From a virus (Duplodnaviria; Caudoviricetes): 64,000 bases of DNA. The notes below the pieces were generated by a model that was not told the origin of the DNA, did no database searches, and saw only the letters and a list, made by a program, of their open reading frames with translations. The stretch lies in the IMG/VR virus record IMGVR_UViG_3300044655_001017, one strand, 5' to 3'. Positions 10,231 to 20,608 of the stretch are shown in pieces; the stretch's first letter is position 1; the number at the start of each line of letters is the position of its first letter. Position numbers and translations under genes: made by a program.

Positions 10231-10467
10231 ATGTCATTAAAACCAACTGATATAGAAAAAAATAACTTAGAAAGCCATGTAGAATTATGCGCATTACGTT
10301 ATCAAAACTTAGAAACACGCTTAACAACAATTGAATCAAAAGTAGTTTCACTTGCTGACAAGATCCAAGAAAGCCAATCAAGTATGAGTAAAGTAGTAAT
10401 TGGTGCAACTGCAACAATTATAGCTGGCTTATTATCAACTGTGGTAACAATCTTAATAAAATTTTAA
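10231..10467 (+). CDS. Small coiled-coil protein with a C-terminal TM helix
   Basis: LETRLTTIESKVVSLADKI coiled coil; VVIGATATIIAGLLSTVVTILI hydrophobic tail. Confidence 0.7.
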   Translation: MSLKPTDIEKNNLESHVELCALRYQNLETRLTTIESKVVSLADKIQESQSSMSKVVIGATATIIAGLLSTVVTILIKF

Positions 10468-10468
10468 T

Positions 10469-11176
10469 ATGCGATTTAACGAATTATCTGTCCAATCAAT
10501 ACCGTATCAAGAAACACTTAATACATTGCTTTGGAAAAATAATCAATTAAAAACTGAAATACGTTACCAACTACTGCTTATTGCTAGGAATTTTACAGAA
10601 TTTTTAAAAGTAAAGTCAATACATTTAAAAGATATTACTATTAGTGGGAGCAACGCAAGTTACGGATATTCTGAGTTTTCAGATATTGATTTGCACCTGG
10701 TAGTAGATATTCCTAGCGATAAACCAGAACTTGTTGAATTATATGATGCTAAGAAAAATCAATATAATTTCACATACAATATAAAAATTAAAAACATTGA
10801 TGTTGAACTATATGTACAAGATAGTAAACAACATCATGAATCTGCAGGCATTTATAGTATCATAAATGACAACTGGATTAAAGAACCAACACATCAAACA
10901 CCTAGAGTAAGCGAACAAGAAGTAAACGATAAAGCTCGTAATTACGTAGGGCAAATTAATCAAGCATTAAAATCATCTAAATTAAAGTTAGCTAACGATA
11001 CAATGGATAACATTAAACGATTACGAAAATCAGGTTTAGATGATGTGGGCGAGTTTAGTGTAGAAAATCTAGCATTTAAGGTATTACGCGCACATGGCAA
11101 GATTGATAAATTACGCAACCATATAAACAAATTACAAAGTTCGGCACTTAGCCTAGGAGAACAGAATGAAGATTAA
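10469..11176 (+). CDS. Pol-beta superfamily nucleotidyltransferase-like protein
   Basis: ISGSNASY...SDIDLHL and DVELYVQ fit the GS/DxD/D signature. Confidence 0.7.
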   Translation: MRFNELSVQSIPYQETLNTLLWKNNQLKTEIRYQLLLIARNFTEFLKVKSIHLKDITISGSNASYGYSEFSDIDLHLVVDIPSDKPELVELYDAKKNQYNFTYNIKIKNIDVELYVQDSKQHHESAGIYSIINDNWIKEPTHQTPRVSEQEVNDKARNYVGQINQALKSSKLKLANDTMDNIKRLRKSGLDDVGEFSVENLAFKVLRAHGKIDKLRNHINKLQSSALSLGEQNED

Positions 11177-11729
11177 TGAAATTACAGATAAATTTAAAGT
11201 AATGCAAAGTAGTCCGCAAGGAATTAAACTTGCAGCACAAAACGGTACTGAAATAAATTTACCACCTGAACAGGCAAATTCAATTATTCCAGATCCACAA
11301 AATCCAAAATCTTCAGTATTAAATCTTAATACTCCTCAACAGGTACAACCTACGTTAGGACAACCTGAACAAGGCCAACCTGTACCTACCGGTACTGATC
11401 AATCAGCAGGTCAACCTGTACCTACAGGGGAACCTGCACAAGGCCAACCTGTACCTACAGGACAACAACCTCAATTACCACAAGTTGGATCAGAAGTTGA
11501 ACTTGCAGATAACGTAGGGTCAACTATGCAAACTGAAAAATTTAATAATACCGATCTAGTTGATTCTGGAAAGAATGCAGACATTAGCGGTGATAAAACT
11601 GACGATTATATTAACGACATAACTAATGACGACGATACATATACGTCAGGTAGAAGTAAGCGCACTAGTAATCCTATAAAAGAATCAGCTGAATTAATTG
11701 CTATGTTAACTATTGCAGGGTTAAGATGA
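11166..11729 (+). CDS. Hypothetical protein with QGQPVPTG repeats
   Basis: Three GQPVPTG units (about 11370-11462). Confidence 0.7.
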   Translation: MKINEITDKFKVMQSSPQGIKLAAQNGTEINLPPEQANSIIPDPQNPKSSVLNLNTPQQVQPTLGQPEQGQPVPTGTDQSAGQPVPTGEPAQGQPVPTGQQPQLPQVGSEVELADNVGSTMQTEKFNNTDLVDSGKNADISGDKTDDYINDITNDDDTYTSGRSKRTSNPIKESAELIAMLTIAGLR

Positions 11730-11935
11730 AAATAAACGAGCTTATTTCAAACTTTGAAATATTCATTACTAATGAAGAAAGAACGTTATTAAATAAATTA
11801 TCCGGTCCAGTTAGATTATCACATTTATCTGACCGAGAACAATGTTTAGCAGAGAACATGATCCGAAAAAGTCTATTAAAAAAAATTGGCTTTGAAACAC
11901 CATACGTACTTGTAAATGAAAAAACAACAGACTAG
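11726..11935 (+). CDS. Hypothetical phage protein
   Basis: ATGA-coupled ORF, MKINELIS. Confidence 0.7.
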   Translation: MKINELISNFEIFITNEERTLLNKLSGPVRLSHLSDREQCLAENMIRKSLLKKIGFETPYVLVNEKTTD

Positions 11936-12359
11936 AATAATTAAAGAGTTTGCTGGTTATTTTGACCAAGAATTACAAACTACTTTACCAATTTCTGTAT
12001 TACCAGACGGATCATTATTATATAAAGATTTTTTAGTTAAACAACTTGACAATACATTTTGGGGCGTGTATAATATACTGTCAAAAGATTTAATTAATGA
12101 ATACTTTCTTAAAAGTTGTGCGTTAATTGCTGCAAAGGAATATAACAATAGACATTATGAAAAATATCAGTCAGTTAAATTGTTAGATAGCAAATATGCG
12201 TCAGCTACTAATGATACTACTATATTTAACCACAATATTGATCTAGTAACTGACAGTGAAAAATATTATGTAATGTTAACACGATTGGAAGAAAGTACAG
12301 CACTATCTCAGTACTACAAGCAACTGATTTTAAGATTGTTTCGTCAGTCTTTTATATAA
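11916..12359 (+). CDS. Hypothetical phage protein
   Basis: ORF in operon. Confidence 0.7.
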   Translation: MKKQQTRIIKEFAGYFDQELQTTLPISVLPDGSLLYKDFLVKQLDNTFWGVYNILSKDLINEYFLKSCALIAAKEYNNRHYEKYQSVKLLDSKYASATNDTTIFNHNIDLVTDSEKYYVMLTRLEESTALSQYYKQLILRLFRQSFI

Positions 12360-12391
12360 ATACGTAATAAGAAATAACCTAGGAACCAATT

Positions 12392-13363
12392 ATGCAAATA
12401 ACCGATTTAAATCAACGTATGACTAGTTTAAAACTAAACGAAAGTTTAGCTAAAAACTTTGGTTATAAAATACAGTTAGAAAACTTTACAGATGCTCAAC
12501 TTGAAGATGCACGTAACAAATTACGCACTAAACTTAGCCAATTTGAAATGAACGAAAGCTACAACACTGTAGTTGAAAATACCGAGTATCAAAAAACTCG
12601 TATGTTCCTTGATGTGGTTAATCAAGAAATATTTGAACGTGAAGAAACTCCAGAAAAATGCATCGATGAAAAAGATGTTAAAAAGAAAAAACAAAAAACA
12701 GACGAAGGATACGCGCAACGTACTTTACGATCACGTGCTGAAAGACTTTCAGTCCCTAATACCTGGATTAATAGTGCAATCCAAAGAATTTCATTAGGCG
12801 AGTCAGATCGTCGTGAATTAACTGCAGAATTGAAACTAAGATACGATTTAAATGAATCACAAGCTAGTTGGATTTTGTTAGAAAACGAAGAAGGCAAAGC
12901 TGATATCATTATTAAAACCCGCGATATCGTTGATCGAATCACCGGCTGGTTAGAAGATGTAGCTGCTATGAGATCAGAACAATTTTTAGAATTAGTTGAT
13001 GATATTAAACATGTTTCAGGTAGTGATGTTGCTCAAAAATATTCTAGTACAGTTAAACCTGCACTAGATGGAATTTACGATTCATTAGAACAAGCACGTT
13101 CAGGGTTGACTACAGGGCTTGCGGTTGTATCAGGTGACGAACCAGAAATGTTAGGTGAACCAACTCCGGGTAGTATGCCAAATCCCAATGCAGGCGTAGC
13201 TCCGGGACAAGAAGATTTAAATATGGGTGGTGCTCCTGCTCCGACCGGCGCTCCAGAGGAAGCTGGGTTAGGTGCTCCTCCGGCAGATGCAGGACGTATG
13301 AAACGCGAAAGTGTAGAATATAGCCGTAAGTTAGGTATGATGTTAAGCTCAAAAAAAAAGTAA
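12392..13363 (+). CDS. Late hypothetical protein (helical, Pro/Gly-rich linker; possibly head core/scaffold), ending in SKKK at a slippery site
   Basis: TATAAATA at 12355-12362; final codons TCA AAA AAA AAG TAA. Confidence 0.7.
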   Translation: MQITDLNQRMTSLKLNESLAKNFGYKIQLENFTDAQLEDARNKLRTKLSQFEMNESYNTVVENTEYQKTRMFLDVVNQEIFEREETPEKCIDEKDVKKKKQKTDEGYAQRTLRSRAERLSVPNTWINSAIQRISLGESDRRELTAELKLRYDLNESQASWILLENEEGKADIIIKTRDIVDRITGWLEDVAAMRSEQFLELVDDIKHVSGSDVAQKYSSTVKPALDGIYDSLEQARSGLTTGLAVVSGDEPEMLGEPTPGSMPNPNAGVAPGQEDLNMGGAPAPTGAPEEAGLGAPPADAGRMKRESVEYSRKLGMMLSSKKK

Positions 13364-13686
13364 ATGAAACCGTTGAGCCGTTAGAAATTGCGTTAAAAAC
13401 ACTGCAAGCAGCAGCAAATAATCGTAACTGCTCGGCTCAAGTAACTTGGAAAACAGCATCAAAAATAAGTAAAATGCATATTGATCAACCAACATTTGCA
13501 CTTAGATATGAAGCAGAAGGCCCAGAGGGCGTGTTGCATCAATATGTTGATCATTACGATGATGCAGGGCTTGTTCTTAAAACCAATCAGTTACAACAAC
13601 ACCCAGTAACACAGCATACTGAACCAGAAAGTTCTAGAGATAAATGGACTAAGGATGCAGTAAAGAGAATGAAACAAAAAAAGTAG
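13360..13686 (+). CDS. -1 frame extension of ORF 12392 (VNETVEPLEIALKTLQAAAN...), or a separate gene with a non-canonical start
   Basis: Frame is open 13330-13686 but its first ATG is at 13474; it overlaps the A9G run at 13351-13360. Confidence 0.55.
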   Translation, partial: VNETVEPLEIALKTLQAAANNRNCSAQVTWKTASKISKMHIDQPTFALRYEAEGPEGVLHQYVDHYDDAGLVLKTNQLQQHPVTQHTEPESSRDKWTKDAVKRMKQKK

Positions 13687-13715
13687 TTGACATTGACAGT
13701 TAAATGTATTATAAT
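13687..13715 (+). promoter_or_regulatory. Consensus sigma70 promoter
   Basis: TTGACA(13687)-N17-TATAAT(13710). Confidence 0.85.
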
Positions 13716-13721
13716 TATGTT

Positions 13722-14441
13722 ATGAAACTACTAACTGAAAAATATCAATACACACCAATAAACAGACAATCCGTTGAGGGCAAGCGTTTATATTCTTGCC
13801 CTGATGGATCTAAAGTTCCTTCCGTAACTACAATCCTATCAGCAACTAAACCAGAAGAAGATAAAGCTGCACTGCAAGCGTGGCGTAAAGCTGTTGGCTA
13901 TGAAAAAGCACAACAAATTACGACTGAAGCTGCTAGTCGTGGAACTCGTATGCACAAATTTTTGGAAGATTTTGTCGCACAAGGATATATAAACGAAGCA
14001 GGTACTAATCCATATAGTCAGCAAAGTCATAAAATGGCTCAACACATTATAGATCACGGATTAAAAAACGTCAACGAAGTATGGGGTAATGAAGTTGCGC
14101 TTTACTATCCAGGTTTATATGCGGGTACTACAGATGCTGTAGGGTTACATAACGGTGAACCTGCTATCCTTGATTATAAACAATCTAATAAACCTAAAAA
14201 ACGTGAGTACATTGAAGATTACTATCTTCAACTAGCTGCATATTCTATTGCACATAATAAGATACACGAAACTAATATACAAAAAGGGGTAGTACTTATG
14301 TGTGTTAAACCGCCCGAACTTTCTCCGTGGGTATGGGGTGAACCTCAATATCAAGAGTTTATACTAGAAGGATCTGAATTTAACAAATACGTTAATAAAT
14401 GGTGGGATCGGGTGGATGCATATTACAGTATGAACGGATAA
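13722..14441 (+). CDS. PD-(D/E)XK exonuclease (MGME1/Cas4-like phage exonuclease)
   Basis: VPSVTTIL, RGTRMH, YAGTTD, ILDYKQS, YYLQLAAY motifs; start at MKLLTEK, downstream of the promoter. Confidence 0.85.
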   Translation: MKLLTEKYQYTPINRQSVEGKRLYSCPDGSKVPSVTTILSATKPEEDKAALQAWRKAVGYEKAQQITTEAASRGTRMHKFLEDFVAQGYINEAGTNPYSQQSHKMAQHIIDHGLKNVNEVWGNEVALYYPGLYAGTTDAVGLHNGEPAILDYKQSNKPKKREYIEDYYLQLAAYSIAHNKIHETNIQKGVVLMCVKPPELSPWVWGEPQYQEFILEGSEFNKYVNKWWDRVDAYYSMNG

Positions 14442-14462
14442 ATACAACAAACGGAGATTATT

Positions 14463-15020
14463 ATGGCAACAGTTACAAGAATAAACGGTTCACTTGCAAA
14501 AACAGGAACCCTTTATAACACAAATGCAAACGCATATTTAATTACAGTAAAAATTGCAGGCGGTACTGTAATCGATTTACAAGCTGAAGATAGTTATATT
14601 GATGCATCAACCCAAATGGCCGATGGCATATACGAAGCTATTATTAAAGAGATTAACCCATTAGCATATTATGCACCTGCTGCATCAACTGGGTTAATTC
14701 ATGTAATCATGGATAAATCAATTAACGATGCTACTGAATTGCAAACACGTATTCGTAGAGTGTTAGGCGACCGTGATATTACTGGTACAACTAACGCAAC
14801 TGTTACGTTAACCACTACAGCTGCAATTGCTACTATGGTAGGTGCAAGAGTTTACGGTCCGGGAATTGTTGGTGGTACTACAGTAGCGTCAGTTAGTGCC
14901 GGCACTAGCATTACACTTTCTACTGCTGCAATTAGTTCAGTAACAGGCGGAACTTTTACTATTGCATTTGATTTAACTGGAACTACAGTTACATTGGCTA
15001 CAACACTCACAATCGCTTAA
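14463..15020 (+). CDS. Putative structural protein (Thr/Ala-rich)
   Basis: TAAATA at 14439-14444, GGAG SD, terminator after. Confidence 0.65.
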   Translation: MATVTRINGSLAKTGTLYNTNANAYLITVKIAGGTVIDLQAEDSYIDASTQMADGIYEAIIKEINPLAYYAPAASTGLIHVIMDKSINDATELQTRIRRVLGDRDITGTTNATVTLTTTAAIATMVGARVYGPGIVGGTTVASVSAGTSITLSTAAISSVTGGTFTIAFDLTGTTVTLATTLTIA

Positions 15021-15026
15021 TTAACT

Positions 15027-15053
15027 AGCCCTAGTAAAAAACTAGGGCTTTTT
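15027..15053 (+). terminator. Intrinsic terminator
   Basis: agccctagt-aaaa-actagggct followed by a T-run. Confidence 0.9.
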
Positions 15054-15096
15054 TATGACTAAAATATCATAAATATAGAATAAGAGGATATTTTAC

Positions 15097-16659
15097 ATGG
15101 CAGTTTATCAAATTTCAAAAATTCAAATACGTAGAGGAAAGTCTAGAACTGGGCCTGGATTCCCGCAATTAGCATCGGGTGAATTAGGTTGGTCGCTTGA
15201 TACTCAGGAACTGTACATCGGTAATGGATCAATATCAGAAGGTGCCCCAATTGTTGGAAATACTAAGATCTTAACCTCTAAAGATATTATTGGGGGTGGT
15301 TCTGGGTTAGTTAATAGCATAGAGCATATTTATAAATCACAAACTGGTAATATCGTTACCGGGCCTACTCCTGTAGTACGAAAACTGCAAGCATTACTTG
15401 ATGACAATGTATATGTTACTAGTTTTGGTGCAGTTGGTGACGGTGTAATTGACGATTTATTTGCAATGCAACGGTCAGTTAATCAACTATTTGCAAACGT
15501 AAATGGTAGATCGTATATGGACGACGGTACTGGTACTGCACAACGTGCTACCCTTAAAATACCACCTGGTATTTTTGTTATTTCAGATACATTAATATTA
15601 CCAAGTTATACAACGATAGTTGGTGCAGGCATTGATAAATCGTTTATTTACTATACTGGAACTAATTCTGCATTAAAATTTGTAGCTGATGTCGAATCGC
15701 CATACGACGTTACTAGACCACGTTATATAAATGTATCAGGAGTTACTATAAGACAAGCAAGTGAAAATATTGCAACTATTGGTTTAGAGATTAATAACCT
15801 TAGCAATTCATCATTCCGCGATGTTAAACTAGTAGGTAACTGGACGCTTGGCACATCATTAGATAACAAAGGCATTAGCATTACTAATACTGAAAATGTT
15901 ATATTTAACAATGTAATTATTACTAATTTCTACTACGGTTTGTACATTGGAGATGCAGTTACTAACATTGAATATAATACAGGATCTATATCAAACACTA
16001 CATATGGCGTTGCATTAGGTACCGATTTAACTATTGCAGATTTAGGTGCATCAAATGTTCATCTTTCAAATTTAAAATTCGAGAATATTAATGCTAATGG
16101 ATTTGTAAGCAATATCGGATCGTCAAACTCTGTTACTAACTGTACACTAATAAATGTTGGCGGGAGTAACGATACTGCTCCTACTTATCCACAAATATTC
16201 TTTACATCTGCAAATTCTTCTTGTTCTAATATTAGATCTGATAGAGTTGCGTTATTAGCACCATCGTCGTTGTTGCCTAGATATGTTCCGGAAGTATCAG
16301 GAGTTGGTACATACACTAGCTCTACATATACTGCTGATTTATTGTTTACTGTACTAAGCTCAGATATTTTAAGATTACCGTTGCGAACAGCAGTTAACGG
16401 TTTAATACAAGGGTCAATTTCATATGAAATTAACTATGCATTTAGCGGGTTATTTACTAGACAAGGTATAATATCAATTACTGCTAATGCTCCTGCTATC
16501 GTATCATCTGAAGAATTTACGTGTGATGCTACAAGTGCTGACGGAATAAAGTTAGATTTTACAGTAGCAATTGAAAGTAATTCAATTGTTATTTCATACA
16601 CAAACAGTTTAGCTGACAATGTCGGTATGTTAACTTACTCATATACATCTAAATTTTAA
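15097..16659 (+). CDS. Tail/baseplate protein with ISKIQIRRG N-terminal domain and pectate-lyase-like beta-helix
   Basis: KIQIRRG...LASGELGW (fibre-attachment type domain); YVTSFGAVGDGVIDD pectate_lyase_3 motif; TAAATA at 15070. Confidence 0.75.
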   Translation: MAVYQISKIQIRRGKSRTGPGFPQLASGELGWSLDTQELYIGNGSISEGAPIVGNTKILTSKDIIGGGSGLVNSIEHIYKSQTGNIVTGPTPVVRKLQALLDDNVYVTSFGAVGDGVIDDLFAMQRSVNQLFANVNGRSYMDDGTGTAQRATLKIPPGIFVISDTLILPSYTTIVGAGIDKSFIYYTGTNSALKFVADVESPYDVTRPRYINVSGVTIRQASENIATIGLEINNLSNSSFRDVKLVGNWTLGTSLDNKGISITNTENVIFNNVIITNFYYGLYIGDAVTNIEYNTGSISNTTYGVALGTDLTIADLGASNVHLSNLKFENINANGFVSNIGSSNSVTNCTLINVGGSNDTAPTYPQIFFTSANSSCSNIRSDRVALLAPSSLLPRYVPEVSGVGTYTSSTYTADLLFTVLSSDILRLPLRTAVNGLIQGSISYEINYAFSGLFTRQGIISITANAPAIVSSEEFTCDATSADGIKLDFTVAIESNSIVISYTNSLADNVGMLTYSYTSKF

Positions 16660-16668
16660 CCATAACTG

Positions 16669-16697
16669 TAGACTTATCAGGAAAAAGAACGTATAAT
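16669..16697 (+). promoter_or_regulatory. sigma70-like promoter upstream of nrdA
   Basis: TAGACT-N17-TATAAT. Confidence 0.55.
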
Positions 16698-16836
16698 TAC
16701 GTTAAATGATAAGAGATAAGTCTACTTTTTTACACCTTATATCTCATTGTTTTATATAGTATTTCTTTTCAATCTAATTCTATTTTTAGAGAATAGTCTG
16801 CCAAATAAATACTAACCTAACCAGAAGTGAAATTAT

Positions 16837-19152
16837 ATGAATAAAATAACAGTAACAAAAAGAAATGGCACTCAAGTAGAGCTTACGATTGATAAATGGC
16901 AGGCACAAATTGCAAAGATTTGTAGCGGAATTGCCGATGTAAGTCAGTCTATGATTGAAATTAAAAGTCAGCCACAATTTTACGATAATATTACTACATC
17001 CGAAATTGACGAAATTACACTACGGGCAATCGTTAACTTAATTGATGTTGATGCTAACCCAGATGTAGGTCATACTAATTACCAATACGTTGCAGGCAAA
17101 CAACGGTTGTCTATGCTACGTAAAGATGTATACGGCCAATACGAGCCGCCACATCTATATACAATAGTTCAAAAGAACATTGAAGTTGGTCTATACACTC
17201 CAGAATTACTAGAATGGTATACTGTAGACGAATGGACCAAAATGAATGACATGCTTGATCATTCAAAAGACGAAACTTATTCATTTGCTGCTATTGAGCA
17301 GTTAATTGAAAAATACTTAGTACGTAATCGTTCTACTAAAGACATTTACGAAACACCACAGATTAGATATATGATTGCAGCTGCAACTGTGTTCCATAGG
17401 GAAGAACCAACTGCAGCTAGAATGAAATTTATAAAGGAATATTACAATGCGGCGTCTGATGGTTTATTTACTCTTGCTACTCCTGTTCTTGCTGGGCTCG
17501 GAACTCCAACTAAACAATTTAGCAGCTGTGTTCTCATACGCAGTGATGACGATTTGGATTCTATATTTGCTAGTGGCGAGATGATGGCAAAATATGCTAG
17601 CAAACGCGCTGGCATAGGTTTAGAAATTGGACGTGTACGCGCATTAGGAAGTCCTATACGCGGTGGTGAAATTATGCACACAGGTATGATTCCATTTTTA
17701 AAGAAATGGTTTGGTGACTTACGTTGCTGTTCACAAGGTGGAATTAGAAATGCTAGTGCTACTGTGACATATCCAATTTGGCATTATCAGTTTGATGACT
17801 TAATTGTACTTAAGAACAATCAAGGCACAGACGAAACACGGGTACGCCATTTAGACTACAGTGTAGTATTAAGTGCATTCTTTTGGCGTAGATTTAAAAA
17901 CAAAGAAAACATAACATTTTTTGATCCTAATGAAGTACCAGACTTATACGAAGCGTTTTACACTGATACAGCTCTCTTTGAAAAACTGTACCTACAGTAT
18001 GAAAAAAATACAGGAGTTCGGAAGAAGACCATGTCTGCGGAAGAAGTATTCAAAGGAGGACTCCTAAAAGAACGAACTGACACCGGGCGCATCTACTTAG
18101 TCTTCATTGATAACGTAATTAAGCAAGGACCATTTGATCCGTTATGGCATACAATTTATCAAAGTAATTTATGTCAAGAGATTTTACTTCCAACTAAAGC
18201 ATTTAAGCGTTTAGATGATCCAGCTGGACGAATTGCATTATGTACACTAGGTAGTATCAATTGGGGAGCGTTCCGTAACCCAGAAGATATGCGTAGAGCT
18301 TGCCGTATCTTACATCGTAGTTTAAACAACATACTAGACTACCAAGATTTCTTATCTGTACACAGTAGTGAAAGTAATCAAGAAATACGTCCATTAGGTA
18401 TTGGTGTTACTAACTTAGCATATTGGCATGCAAAACGCAACTTTAAATACGGCGATGCAGATGCATTAACTGAAGTTAAAAGTTGGATGGAACATCAAAC
18501 ATTTTTCTTAACAGAAATGTCAGTTGAATTAGCTAAAGAACGTGGTGCATGTAGAGACAGTGCCAAAACACGGTACGGACAAGGTATCTTTCCATGGGAA
18601 TTACGTGCAGACGGAGTTAATGAATTAACTGACTTTACTCCGGAACTTGATTGGGAACCATTGCGTTCTGATATGAAAGAGTACGGTGTACGTAATGCTA
18701 CAGTAGGTGCTATTGCTCCAGTTGAAAGTTCTAGTGTAGTGATTAACTCAACTAACGGCATTGCAATGCCAATGCATTTAATACAAACTAAAGAATCAAA
18801 ATCAGGTTCACTTACACAAGTAGTTCCGGAATATCATAAGTTGAAAAACAAATATCAGCTTATGTGGGATCAAACTGATTGCGTAGGTTATTTAAAAACT
18901 GCTGCAGTATTAGCTGCATACATTGATCAATCTATTAGTACTGATACTTTTTACAACCCTGCACACTTTGAAGGTAGAAAAGTACCAACTACACTAATTG
19001 CTAAAAACTTAATGTTAGGACTTAAATGGGGGATCAAAACCTTTTATTACAGCCTAGTGAATAAACAAGGTAGTAAAGAAGAAGCTGAAGTTGATTTACC
19101 TAGTGCAATTATTGAGGACGATGAAGAAGGTTGTGAATCTTGTAAGTTGTAG
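16837..19152 (+). CDS. nrdA: Ribonucleotide reductase class Ia alpha subunit
   Basis: N-terminal ATP cone (VTKRNG), TPTKQFSSCVL, QSNLCQEI, APVESSS, GIKTFYY, C-terminal CESCKL. Confidence 0.97.
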   Translation: MNKITVTKRNGTQVELTIDKWQAQIAKICSGIADVSQSMIEIKSQPQFYDNITTSEIDEITLRAIVNLIDVDANPDVGHTNYQYVAGKQRLSMLRKDVYGQYEPPHLYTIVQKNIEVGLYTPELLEWYTVDEWTKMNDMLDHSKDETYSFAAIEQLIEKYLVRNRSTKDIYETPQIRYMIAAATVFHREEPTAARMKFIKEYYNAASDGLFTLATPVLAGLGTPTKQFSSCVLIRSDDDLDSIFASGEMMAKYASKRAGIGLEIGRVRALGSPIRGGEIMHTGMIPFLKKWFGDLRCCSQGGIRNASATVTYPIWHYQFDDLIVLKNNQGTDETRVRHLDYSVVLSAFFWRRFKNKENITFFDPNEVPDLYEAFYTDTALFEKLYLQYEKNTGVRKKTMSAEEVFKGGLLKERTDTGRIYLVFIDNVIKQGPFDPLWHTIYQSNLCQEILLPTKAFKRLDDPAGRIALCTLGSINWGAFRNPEDMRRACRILHRSLNNILDYQDFLSVHSSESNQEIRPLGIGVTNLAYWHAKRNFKYGDADALTEVKSWMEHQTFFLTEMSVELAKERGACRDSAKTRYGQGIFPWELRADGVNELTDFTPELDWEPLRSDMKEYGVRNATVGAIAPVESSSVVINSTNGIAMPMHLIQTKESKSGSLTQVVPEYHKLKNKYQLMWDQTDCVGYLKTAAVLAAYIDQSISTDTFYNPAHFEGRKVPTTLIAKNLMLGLKWGIKTFYYSLVNKQGSKEEAEVDLPSAIIEDDEEGCESCKL

Positions 19153-19207
19153 CCTGTAAATTATAAGTTTTCTGTAAACTATAATAAATAAGTGTACAGG
19201 AGATTAT

Positions 19208-19906
19208 ATGAATTATCAAAAAATATACAATGATATAATAATTAGGGGACAAACTAGATTGTTAGAGGGATACAAAGAAAAACATCATATTATTCCAAGA
19301 TGTATGGGAGGAACTGATGATACAAATAACTTAGTATTCCTAACTCCAGAAGAGCATTATTTGTGCCATCTGTTGTTAGTTAAAATATATCCTAAAAATA
19401 TTAGATTAGTTAAGGCTGCTATATTTATGGCATCGTCAAACAGCAATCATCAACGCAATAATAAAGCATACGGGTGGTTAAAACGACAATTTTCCGATTA
19501 TATGCGCGGCCCTAACAATCCACAAAAACTAAACCCTATTAAAGGAGAACAGCATTATGCATTTGGAAAACCTCTTTCTCCTAACCATTTTACAAAAGAA
19601 GGTAAAAAAGTGTTATCAGATAAAATGATAGGAGAACATAATCCGTGTGCCGGAATTAAACCGTGGAAACATCCAAGAACAACCGATGTTACACTAGCAC
19701 TATGGAAAAGAGCTGATGCAATTTATGATACATGGGTAGCACATAATATGCCATCTTACTGTAAACTATTTGGATTAGTCATGGACAAGAAGTATGATTG
19801 GCAAAATAAGAATCACGGTAAGGAAATAGGTCCATTTATGAATATGGTAAAATATTTTAGGAATGGTTGGATACCTACTCAAGATATAGAATGGAATAAA
19901 TTATGA
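19208..19906 (+). mobile_element. Free-standing HNH homing endonuclease
   Basis: EKHHIIPRCMGG-DDTNNLVFLTPEEHYLCHLLL HNH motif; lies between nrdA and sod. Confidence 0.85.
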
Positions 19907-20454
19907 GCTATAGTTTCATTAAACAATTTATTACTGAAGGTAAGCCAGCATCTTTAAAAATAGATGCGTTACCGTACAGTATGGACGATTTAAGCCCTGC
20001 TATCTCAAAAGCAACATTAGAATATCATTACGAACATCTTGCTAAAACATACGCAAAGCGTTATAATGCAGGAGAAGGTGATCCTGTGTTTAACGAAGCA
20101 GGCGTATTTTTACACAACATCTTATTCCAACAGTATCAAGAGTCAACTGGCAACCTAAACAAGCCAGTTGGCAACGTGTTAGAGTTAATTGAAACACATT
20201 ATAAAACTTTTGATAAGTTTAAAGAAGAGTTTTTAAAAGTAGCAATGGGCATACAAGGCAGTGGTTGGGTTTATCTTGCTAAAAATGGTAAGATTAAAAC
20301 AATAACTAATCATGCTATTAAAAAAGACATTGTACTGTTAGTTGACTGGTGGGAACATGCATGGGCGTTAGACTATCAATCAGATAAGAAAAAGTATTTA
20401 GAAAACCAATGGAAAATAATAAACTGGAACTACATAAATGAAACAGTTAGTTAA
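19903..20454 (+). CDS. sod: Fe/Mn superoxide dismutase
   Basis: LPY..DDLSPAISKATLEYHY, FLHNILF, QGSGWVYL, DWWEHAW metal-ligand motifs. Confidence 0.92.
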   Translation: MSYSFIKQFITEGKPASLKIDALPYSMDDLSPAISKATLEYHYEHLAKTYAKRYNAGEGDPVFNEAGVFLHNILFQQYQESTGNLNKPVGNVLELIETHYKTFDKFKEEFLKVAMGIQGSGWVYLAKNGKIKTITNHAIKKDIVLLVDWWEHAWALDYQSDKKKYLENQWKIINWNYINETVS

Positions 20455-20608
20455 TTTACACGCAATAGAAAACGGAGGCCTTCCGTATTATAAGTGGAAG
20501 GCTGCTTATTTAACAAGACACGCAGTTAAGCACATTCAAACGCAATCTGAAATGATTCTAATTGCAGTATGCTTACTGTTGGTATCATTAGGGATACTTA
20601 AAAAATGA
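20438..20608 (+). CDS. Small membrane protein, 56 aa
   Basis: Read manually: MKQLVNLHAIENGG...MILIAVCLLLVSLGILKK; ATGA overlap with the next gene. Confidence 0.55.
   Translation: MKQLVNLHAIENGGLPYYKWKAAYLTRHAVKHIQTQSEMILIAVCLLLVSLGILKK

Noticed and set aside
13364-13384. ATG right after the ORF 12392 stop as start of the next gene
   Set aside because: It gives only MKPLSR-stop; the long downstream frame is a different one.
13722-14441. Cas4 as sign of a CRISPR system
   Set aside because: No array or other cas genes, and no Fe-S cysteine set; it is a generic phage PD-(D/E)XK exonuclease.
16837-19906. Intron or intein in nrdA
   Set aside because: nrdA is continuous with normal length and C-terminal CxxC; the HNH starts after its stop.
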